NCBI GenBank assembly: GCA_001642005.1
Contig: LWCA01000317.1
Location: 1-32,592, forward strand
Direction of reading: 5' to 3'
Length of the DNA stretch: 32,592 nt
Source: Intoshia linei
Taxonomy: Eukaryota > Animalia > Orthonectida
Every line of letters starts with the position of its first letter. Position 1 is the stretch's first letter. The position numbers were made by a program, and so were the translations under genes. Shown in pieces: positions 23,671 through 32,592 of this stretch. Below the pieces are notes generated by a model. That model was not told the origin of the DNA and did not search any database. It was given only the letters and a program-made list of their open reading frames with translations.

Positions 23671-26600
23671 TCATTTATTTCTATTGCATAAAAAACAATT
23701 TTCCTAAATTTATAAAATTAAATATTTTATATTTTAATTAAATATATATTAAATTTTTTTTAAACTAAAATTATTGAATAGTACCAAAAAGTTGAGAGGT
23801 AAACATGATGTGTGATAAACATGTTTACAATGAAACACTTGGATTGAATCAGAAACATCTTCATTCAAACAAACTAAAATAATATAGTTTAAAAATGACA
23901 TCCATAAATTTTATTACTAAACATTAAAATGAAACAAGGGATTTATAATGGCCACATTTAAAAAGGTTTTATAAGTAATATATTTTTATGACAATCTAAA
24001 GCGGTTTTAGTGCCTTTTCTAACGTTTCAATTTCACTTCCAGCATTAATGAAAAAGTAACATCATACGTTAAATACATCTTATTTATAAAATACCCTCCA
24101 ATGCTCCGCAGCAAATATTGCATACATCATCTAAAATAATAAAAATGGTATAAATCCCAAAATACCTTGAAATTTAATACATTGCTCCTTATTAAAATCT
24201 AATATTTCTTGAAAAGTTTTGAATATATCTCTTTCTAAAATTCTTTTCGTTTGCTCTAATAACGATAACTAAATGATTCATAAATAATACGTGATTTGCT
24301 AATCATAATCAGATGAAAAATTTACATACACCTTTTCAATATGAAATTGGCAAATAAGAATTTCAAATTGACAAAATCGCAATAATATTTTTAAACCGTC
24401 AACTAACATTGGGATTATTTTTAATTTTTATAGTATATCCTGTATTATTTTAATTAAGTAACTAATCTAAGAAAAATAATTTTTCTTTGATAATCGACTA
24501 CATTAAATAATTAACGTTAGTTTTAATTATTTGTTGAAACGAAATGTTTCATGGATTATACCGGAACAAACATTTTATTATATTGTACATCGCAAAATTG
24601 GCCTCGCTCGTCGACTTGGAATAAAACGTACTGCTTATAATATTTTGAAATAAAAAAAATAATTTTAAAGCCAAGAGGTGGAAATAGATTACTTCTGACA
24701 TCAGACAACCCTGGTGAACCATTTAGAGGTCATTTGCAAATGTTCACTTTAATCATATTATCAAAAGTTTTGAAGCCGCTTATAGTCCAGAATTGAATCC
24801 TGTAGAGCAGTGTTTCCCAACCTTTTTTATGTTAGGCCTTACTGAAAAAAATTTCCCTAATGATCACTTTTTTGGGGCTGATACAACAGTTCACTGACAA
24901 AAAATTATTGTTAATTCAGTCATTACTTTCTATTAAAAACTATAATTTTGTAATAAATTAGAAATGGAAAGCTATTGTCAAAATTTGAGCGAATTATAAT
25001 TTAACAATAATAATGTATTTATTTTTTAGAATTAATAAGATGATTCAGCCTGAAGATTCATACAGATTTTCTTAATATTACGTACTAATGATGTAAGCTT
25101 TAATCATAATCTCCTCTTTTTGAAATTTAGATACTATTTCTCTTTTTTGTTAGTTCAAACAGTTTCGTAAGTCTAAAACAGAACTAAATAAGACGTCATT
25201 CTGCTAAATAAGAGGATAGAAAAGACAAGAAGCCACCTTATAAAAATTAGACAGTTTTTTAAAACTTCTTCGGTAAGCCACATCATATTTCCTTTTATAT
25301 TAAATACAGTTTATAAATATTCATCATGTTTATATAACATTCTTCTTGGTATTATACATTTAATAAGTCCACCAGAAAAGGGTGTCAACCACTATGTAAA
25401 ATTCATCTTTAATATATTCAAATTATTTTTAAATGATATAATAGTTTTTTTTTCTAATTGTGTAACAGGATTTATTTAACCAAAAGGAAATACTATAAAA
25501 TGGATGAAATATTTTCTATATAAACATCTAATAATAACAATAAATTAATCTAAAGATGACAAATTTAATAAATTCGTAATATTTTCCAAGTTCCACCAAA
25601 AATTTCGTCACGGTTGGGAAACACTGTTGTAAAGGGTGTTTTAATGTGATAAAATCCTATATTAAGGCAGAAATTTGAATCCATAAGATGATGCCAAATA
25701 TCCTACGATTAAAGGCAAAACTCTAGGTAAATATAGGGAAGATAAATTGGTAAATTTAGTAGAACCATCAATAATTCGACTTTATTACTTTGGTTTAACA
25801 TTTGCCTTGTTTGTCTATATTCCTATTTTGCCAATATGATGGTAAAATGGTGTAGTACGGACGGGTTGGATTTTGTGTATCAATGAAACGCCAAGAACCG
25901 GGAAATGTCGGACCGTGCGGGCTTCAATATAAGCAGTGTTTACACTAGAGCAGGGGTTCCCAAACTCATTTTGCCTACCGCCCCCTTTTTAGCAATATAT
26001 TTTCTCAACGCCCCCTAAAAAATTTTTCGACTACGTCGTATATATATTTAAAAATTTACTCATTATTCAATATTTAATAATTAAAAAAAAATGTATTTAT
26101 TAGTCACTTTTTATATCAGTGGATCCCAAACTTGCTATAAAAATATCACCTTACAAGCAAATTGTATTCATGTTACAAACATTTGTTCAATTATTAACAA
26201 AATTGTAGACCATTAATTAAAAAAAAAAGTACGTTATAAAAATCAGTCCAATTTTTTTGTGCGTCTATGTGAGTTTATGGGTATCAAAATAAAATAAGAC
26301 ATTCCCAAATCGTCGTCAAAAAAAATTGTTTTTTGAGTAATTTCTGCTAAAATTTTTCAAAAATACTGTTTTAATGGATTCTTGATATTATTTTATATTA
26401 TAAAAAAATAGATTTAAAATTTTGTAAAATAATATTGCCGCCTAGTTATTTCGGTAACTACGCATTATAAATATCTATAATTTTCAAATAATTTATTTAT
26501 TACACCCTTCTTCATTTTCTGAAGAAAATTAGTTAGATCGTCGTCAAATTGAAAAATGTTGTTATATGTAATTAATATATAATTACATGTTGGTGGTAAT

Positions 26601-29600
26601 TATCGAGACATTTCATTAGAGACAAACGAATACCAGGAATTTGACAGCCAACTGCAATAAGATCAAAAAATGGAATAAGATTAACTCTAATTCCAATTAT
26701 ATCAAGAAATGTGCATATTAATTCTAAAAATATAATGCAAAAATTAATAATACTTTGCACATAAGCCAGATGCACTTTAAAAAAAAACTACTAAACATAT
26801 TAACCCTTTGAGGAATATTATTTCAATTGTTTCTTCAATTCAATTCAAATGTTATTTCAATATGAGATTTGTATCATAATAGACAACCCTTTAGATAGAA
26901 CTTAACTGATTATATAGAAAATAAACTTAGATTCATGATTAATAATGTTCATTATTTTCATTGCTCATTATTTTTTTATAGTGAAAGTTTAAAAAAATTC
27001 GGAACCAAATGTTCACTATCAACAAGTCTGACTGTATATGGAATTGCATTTTACAATTCTATTTATTACACTACATCTGATTTTTTCACTAATTTATGCT
27101 TTCTAAGTACTTTAATGTAAAATTAAATTACAGAAGAAATTAGAAACCAATAAATTTCAAATTGTTTACTTAAATAATTAACCATCGCACATTTTGTGAT
27201 ATTCAAATTCGTCAATATTATCTATCGCTCAGGCTTTTGCGATTTTATAATTTATTGATATTATCCTCAAAGAGTTAAATTGTTAGTATGACTCTAATTT
27301 TGAAGAAACAAAAACATTTTAAATTAAATTTACTTGGTTTACAAACAATTAATTCGAAAAGATGGATGATCAATTTTTTGTCGCCACTATCCAAAACAAA
27401 TTTTACAGCAATCTCAACATTCACCAATTGATTTACAATCAATCGTAAAGCCTCACGACTATTTCCGGTTCGATCTAAAATAATAAAAAATTTATTAATT
27501 TTATCCCCTTTCCTTCTAAATTAATCTCACCAGCAGTTAAGATTATTATGGATGCCAATTATGTAACTTCCATTTTAAATTTTTATATAGCTTCACCCCT
27601 AAAATTCGATAACAATCCGCAATTAAAGTCCTTTCCTATATATTTACTGAATTTTTACAAGTCAAAATCAAGTTAGTATTATTGGTCTTACATGTTGAAT
27701 TAAACTGGATAAAACACATCAAATGCAAAAAAAACAAATTTCATTAAAATTACTCAACAAATAAACAGTCTCTTTCATATTATTAGTTGACTTTGTAACG
27801 TCAAGTGCTTCTTTTAAAGAATAATTGCTGCTGTTTCTAAGAAAATGCCCCAATCTTTCCGGATGAAATTCTGCATACAAATGCAACTGTAAAGGGTGAA
27901 AATCATAAGTCAGCATTGGATCTTTGGAAAACATCATATTTAAATACTAAAATGTAATTAATCTAGACACAAAGTAAAAGTACACTGCTTAAATGTTTCG
28001 AATAATCAGTCAGTTCACTAACTGTAGAAACTATCTAAAAATTATTTTTAATTTATAACTACAAAATAGAAAATGAAAAAAAGGTACATCAAGACCACCA
28101 TACAAAAACACGCATGCGTAGTAGATAAAAACAAACATAAAATAATTTACAGTAAACAAGTTATTTTTATGTTTTAATAAAAGTTGGAGGGTTTCGTTGC
28201 TATCAATATCCATGAATTTTGCTATATTGCCTTTTATGTATGGTAGAATGAATTCTTCTTCCATTTCTATAAATATTTCTCCATCCTTGATACTAAATAA
28301 TTGATACAATCTCCATTTGAAAAACATTTCCATTATATAAAATTCAATTCAATTTTTATGTGTCACCATTTATTCAAAAAAATATGCGAAATCAAATTTT
28401 AAAAAACACAAATTCTAAGAAAGCTTTTTCCAGCGTTTTAATATAAATTCAAATATTAAAACAGTCCATTTAGAACAGAGTTTAAAGGTTTTAAGGTTAT
28501 GTATTATTAGCTTCATTACGTCAACCAATTTTGACGAAAAATTATTGATAATGTATTTACTTTAAATAAATTTCAACAGCTTGACCATAATCCTTATTCA
28601 AAATGTGGCTAAAAATATGAATCAAAACAAAAACATTGAACGAATTCTATATGTATTTTAAAAATTTATATAAATTACAAATATGCCAAAGATTTGAAAA
28701 GAGATTTAATATCTTCATTAACTTTTCCATCTTTTGCATCATTTTTATTTGTAGAATTATTCAAACTGAGCTCTTTTAATTTATCAGAAATAAGATCAAA
28801 AAATTCTTGTTCATTATATAGATTGCTGGGCCAAACTTTTAAATATTTTCGCATCAACTATAATTTCAAATTTAGTAAACTTGTAATTCTAACCACATTA
28901 AATTAAAATTAAATTAAAGTTACTTCATATTTTTCTCCTTTAAAAAAATAACTCAAGACATGATTATATCCTTTGGTAGTTAAAACTAACGTTTTGTAAG
29001 GTATATAAGGCACAAGAATCTAAAATGTAAATACATTACAAATTAAAAAAATAAATAAAAATACTTCTAAATTAGCAAAGGAATTGGAATAAAAATAAAT
29101 CTCGCTTTCCCATAAATCAACTCTATTGCCCAATATATCCGCCATTGATTGACACGCCAATTCATATTGCTCATGTTCGGTTAAATAAGAAAGGTACTGC
29201 ATGCCAATATCCTATATTTACAATTTTAATGAGTTGATAAAAATTCCCGACTTTGTTAATGGGATAAATATCATTTCATTACTACAATAATCGAACAGGC
29301 CCAAGTATATCCCATTTATATTGATAAAGGTGACTCTGAAAAAAATTTTGGCCCAGTACTTGTTACCAAATATACATAAAAATACTATCAACGTATAATG
29401 CAACAACTGTCCGGGGTTTTGTTGAGCCAACGTCAAAGCTTCCTAAAACTATTTAAATATTATAATAAAGATTTATAACTTTAAATCTTTCATGTTCTTG
29501 TAACCAATAAATTTTATCATCAACGGTGGGTGGCATTGCTCTTATTATATCATGTGGACTGTAAATTAACAAAGTTTCATCATTGGATACTAAAATTTAA

Positions 29601-30042
29601 AATATAATAACTGTAATGTAATTAGTTTTTACACAAATGAAAATTCAACGAATCAGTTTCTTCGTATTTTTGAATACACAAAACGTCATCAGTTTCATCA
29701 TAGGTATTTTCACTGGAGGATAAAAGCCTGATATGAGGTCTATCCATGAGAGTATCATCATTTTCATCAATGTCACTACCAGTTATAACTGCAATAGAGT
29801 TCGAAAATGAACATAAATCATAAATTAGATAGTTTGTTTTAATTGAATACACTAAAAATGATAATTAATGAATATTCAGGATTAACAATCTTTGGAATCA
29901 ATATTATAATAAAAGGGAAATATATTTTTATTTAAATCAGAAATGATTAATATGTGAATAATCAACGTAAAAATTTACCCATTTCTATAAATTTGACATT
30001 AACATTCTGAAAATGATCAAATCTGTCCTTCAAGGCATAGGT
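23671..30042 (-). CDS. VPS41: Vacuolar protein sorting 41 (HOPS subunit), 5'-partial, 15 exons in window
   Basis: Minus-strand exons 30042-29979, 29851-29633, 29589-29480, 29442-29386, 29211-29065, 29019-28924, 28857-28679, 28608-28561, 28292-28151, 28034-27984, 27946-27754, 27474-27334, 26723-26587, 24268-24166, then RING-H2 exons 24130-24095, 23873-23785, 23703-23671 (17 segments counting these); GT-AG, phases consistent. Motifs: SPHDII..P.VDDKIYWL, WPSNLYN, KDYGQAVEIYL, LYAEF...FLRNS.NYSLKEAL, ETVYLLNRTGNSREAL, IPGIRLSLMKCLDNY, CNIC...VFHCKHVYHTSCL...CFLC*. N-terminal WD40 exons were not found and presumably lie beyond 32592. Confidence 0.93.
24595..25660 (+). mobile_element. Tc1/IS630-like transposase remnant, interrupted by a hAT element at 24808-25606
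   Basis: LARRLGIKRTAYNIL (HTH-like, 24603-24647), KPRGGNR (24668-24688), AYSPELNPVE (24778-24807), resuming after the insertion with a 1-nt shift as CFNVIKSYIK. Confidence 0.65.
24808..25606 (-). mobile_element. Internally deleted hAT (Buster/SCAND3-like) element, 799 bp
   Basis: Perfect 15-bp TIRs CAGTGTTTCCCAACC and GGTTGGGAAACACTG; TSD ctgtagag/ttgtaaag (6/8). The minus strand at ~25030-25295 holds a decayed transposase C-terminus (MMWLTEEV...SSYLAE...KKR...LKLTSLVRNIKKICMNLQAESSY*). Confidence 0.88.
25951..26135. mobile_element. hAT (Buster/Charlie-type) left end fragment(s)
   Basis: CAGGGGTTCCCAAAC preceded by cacTAgag, with subterminal CGCCCCC repeats. A second TIR-like CAGTGGATCCCAAAC lies at ~26117. 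No matched right end. Confidence 0.55.
26804..27274. mobile_element. piggyBac-like MITE, 471 bp, in a VPS41 intron
   Basis: TTAA|CCCTTTGAGGA ... TCCTCAAAGAG|TTAA: TIRs match 10/11, with TTAA TSD at 26800-26803 and 27275-27278. Confidence 0.8.
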
Positions 30043-30088
30043 CTAAAGATTAAACTTCATTAATATTAATAAAAAAAGTATAATAAAT

Positions 30089-30283
30089 ATGACGTTTCCT
30101 GGTAAGGTTTTTACAAAAATCTTAGAAACTGATTTTTTCATAATCAAAAATGGCATAAAAAATGCAATTATAAAAGTTTGTCTAGAACCGGTAAGATTGA
30201 TTAAACTGGAATCAGAATCACAAGTTGTTAATCCTAAATATCAAAATATATTGGATATTACTAAAATTGGGCAAATTAAATAA
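30089..30283 (+). mobile_element. Probable Ty3/gypsy protease C-terminus/linker remnant
   Basis: PGKVFTKILETDFFIIKNGIKNAII...LIKL...KYQNILDITKIGQIK resembles the G.F...F.V.....LLG.....L.LI...KY..VF...G.IK pattern preceding RT. Weak match. Confidence 0.4.
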
Positions 30284-31199
30284 AATTATTGAGAAGACAA
30301 GATTTTCTTAATAATTTGATTGATGTTTAATATATAGTAATATAAATATCAATAAATAATTATATATTGTTTTGCAAAATTATTGACACTTTCATATTTT
30401 CTCAAAAATTAAAAAATGTAATATTTACAAATAAATTCGATGTATTTTTCTAAATTTTTTTTCCAATGACGTATCTTGGGAATCTGCATCATATAATAAA
30501 AATTCAAAAACTTACATGTTCATCTAGACAGGTTTATGTCAATTGTAAAATTGCTAGGAGGGGTATAGAATAGAAAAAGACAAAATTATTAAAAACAGAA
30601 ATGATGCTATTATGAAAACAAGGAATATGAAGAGTTGTGCACAACAATATTGGACGTTATGAAAAGTGAAGCAAAAAGAATATCACATCCATCTGTGATT
30701 TAAACCAAATAAAGAATAATAATGGTTAAAAGACCACATATAACAGAAAAAACGCAAAAAAATACAGATGAGATGTCAATATTCAGTCTCAAGAAAATCA
30801 TGATAACCGAAATAACAAAAATAAAATCTGAAATTTTCTTATGATGACCATTATAATTCTAATTTCTTTAAGAAAAATCGCAAGAATAGGATGATAGGAT
30901 GTATCATAGGTTGGTAACAGATTTAGTGGAAGATGCGTCATTATTAGAACCCATTTCACTAAAATATTGGTTATATAATATAGAACACTTAGACAGGTGG
31001 AAATTCATGGCAAATTTAGGGCAGGTAGAAACAGTTAGACAAAACATACCAGGTTAAAATAATGTGATGTATCAAAAATTAGAATTTATTCACAATCATT
31101 TAATAATCAAATTAATTTTGTATTTTCGACTTTTCTAAGGTATACAAATTATGTATTTTAATATATAAATTATCATAAAGTTTTTAACATTTTGTAAGG

Positions 31200-31625
31200 A
31201 TGTCTAAAAGAAGAAAATGAAATAACAATTACGTAGAATTTGATTTTACCGGTCGTAATGATCCAGATGAAACCGAAAAACCTCACTGACAGTGTTGAAG
31301 TTATCGCTCGAAGAAGAACTAGATGGAACAGTTGACAATTTATCATTTCTTCTCAATGTAACAAAATTGTCGAGGCATAATATCATGTTGCGTACCCGTT
31401 TTCTAAACAGAAAAAGCATCATACCATCGTAAATTTTGATCAAACCCTGTATTCTTAACATTGCAAAACTTGTTGGCGAAAAACAAAAAGGGACCCTTAA
31501 ATCAATTCCTTTCTAAATAGATTAAAAATTTAGCACAAGTTATCGAACTTCAAGTTATGGATGAACTTCGAAAAAAACATAGTAAAATTTAATTTACAAT
31601 TGGACGAATCTACTGATGTGTTTGC
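31200..31625 (+). mobile_element. Buster/ZBED5-SCAND3-like hAT transposase N-terminal remnant
   Basis: MSKRRK*NNNYVEFDFTG...TEKPH*, then NKIVEA*YHVAY...KQKKHHT / LIKPCILNIAKLVGEK...LKSIP / RIKNLA...LQLDESTDV (first catalytic Asp motif), with several stops, frameshifts and internal deletions. Confidence 0.85.
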
Positions 31626-31729
31626 AAGATATATTGATATATATGAAATAAGAGAATATTTAATACATAAAAAAATTGGATGATCTACTGTTAAATAAAA
31701 TCATAGAATCTTATTTTATATTGTACTAG

Positions 31730-31951
31730 GTTGACTGTTATGTACTACGTACAACGTACAAACAGCACCTAGCTCTGCCGAGGGCAAATTTTTATTCTAC
31801 CAAAAAAATAAATTCACGTTAAAAATCCTACTATTCACTATCATCAATCCTTTCAAGTAGTGGTTCCCAAACTTGTTTCAGGTGGCACCGTCATATCACA
31901 TTACTTTTCACTTTAAAGTAAATTATTCCATCTTAATTTCTTAAACCACTG
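31730..31951 (+). repeat. Repeat family B copy
   Basis: Colinear with the 8303 and 12585 copies; ends in aaaccactg, a possible right hAT end. Confidence 0.85.
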
Positions 31952-31978
31952 TAGAATTCATCAATCAATGGTATAAAG

Positions 31979-32035
31979 CAGTGATTTTCAACCGGGGGTC
32001 GCGAAATTTATCAGGGGTCGTGAGAATCTGAAATT
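31979..32035. mobile_element. hAT left end fragment
   Basis: gtaTAaag|CAGTGATTTTCAACCGGGGGTCGCG...GGGGTCGTG. A related GGGTCRCG-containing end occurs at ~22445-22545. Confidence 0.55.
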
Positions 32036-32261
32036 TTTATGAATATATTTATTTTTTTTATTTTAATATAAAATTTATAACCCATATATTTGGCTATTCT
32101 AGATGTAGTGATATATAATATCATTATGAAGATTGAAGATGAGATTGATTGTTATTTATCTATATTATCAACCTATGTTGAATTTGCTTGTTCTATTAAA
32201 AGCTCTTATTTACTACATCTTACTAATTATACTACAAATTCAACTTATCAAATTTATTTCA

Positions 32262-32592
32262 ATGCAGCTATCTGATATTATTTTAAAACCGAAAACTTTG
32301 TTAAACGACGTAGGAGAATTCAATGTTGATGTGAAAACTTGAATTTCTGAATTTGATGAATATATCTCACTTATTAATGCCAAAAATGAATTATCGGCGA
32401 AGCAAAATGCCTTGTTGATGAAATCCTTCATAGGAAGAATAGCAAGACAGCGTCTTGACTCAAACGTGAAAACTGAAAGGTCTGTTGCTTCCATAAAATT
32501 GGAAATTTGCAGGTGGCAGACATCCAACCAAATGTTTAAAGCTATAAAGTTTCAATCAATGAAACGAGAGACGACTGAGCCCTATGAAAGCT
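32262..32592 (+). mobile_element. Ty3/gypsy gag (capsid) remnant, running off the window
   Basis: MQLSDIILKPKTLL...DVKT*ISEFDEYISLI...KQNALLMKSFIGRIARQRL...KFQSMKRETTEPYES. One TGA (32340-32342) sits where Gag normally has Trp, and the end resembles the major homology region. Confidence 0.65.

Noticed and set aside
23935-23965. FKCGHY-like peptide in a VPS41 intron, resembling a RING-H2 segment
   Set aside because: No in-frame acceptor, and the exon at 23873-23785 supplies the complete motif.
26754-26774. Possible 21-nt symmetric micro-exon or upstream alternative acceptor in VPS41
   Set aside because: Alignment from memory to vertebrate VPS41 needs no insertion here, and the following intron would be only 30 nt. 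RNA evidence would be needed.
30043-30233. Minus-strand open frame ending in a hydrophobic, GPI/TM-like tail (possible nested gene)
   Set aside because: The hydrophobicity is explained by T-richness antisense to an A-rich plus-strand frame, and no partner exons were found.
30520-31060. Purine-rich plus-strand stretch resembling decayed gag
   Set aside because: Too many stops and no diagnostic motif to call.
31246-31461. Minus-strand ORF with acceptor- and donor-like ends, as a candidate VPS41 exon
   Set aside because: No resemblance to VPS41; it is the antisense shadow of the plus-strand Buster transposase remnant.
32340-32342. TGA at Trp positions (here and in the hAT remnant near 31218) suggesting an alternative genetic code
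   Set aside because: Host genes use TGG for Trp and TGA as a true stop (GCSH, VPS41); these are ordinary TGG-to-TGA/TAG decay in dead TEs.
32240-32527. 95-aa minus-strand ORF
   Set aside because: Antisense to the gag-like frame, with no recognisable motif.

Overview
This is very AT-rich animal (metazoan) genomic DNA with spliceosomal GT-AG introns, many only 35-47 nt long. Composition, intron sizes and gene content suggest a compact spiralian genome such as an orthonectid (Intoshia-like), but that is an unverified inference. The ORF track misses most genes because they are fragmented by introns. Five protein-coding genes were spliced by hand with consistent intron phases: a single-exon innexin (+, 3666-4997), glycine cleavage H protein GCSH (-, 4 exons, 8011-11417), dynein assembly factor DNAAF3 (+, 13 exons, 12027-18643, head-to-head with GCSH), a RING plus TRAF/SIAH-type zinc-finger E3 ligase (+, 5 exons, 20947-23485), and a 5'-partial VPS41 (-, 15 exons, 23671-30042). 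Larger introns and intergenic DNA hold many transposon relics: hAT MITEs with intact 8-bp TSDs, a piggyBac-like TTAA MITE, a long-inverted-repeat element, a dispersed Helitron/HINE-like repeat with ~130-bp internal units, and short shards of Ty3/gypsy, Buster-hAT, Tc1/IS630 and Chapaev3-like coding sequence. I see no convincing new multi-gene system. The best leads are a possibly intronised retrotransposon integrase fragment, a dense cluster of overlapping palindromes, and an X-box/forkhead motif in the GCSH-DNAAF3 divergent promoter.
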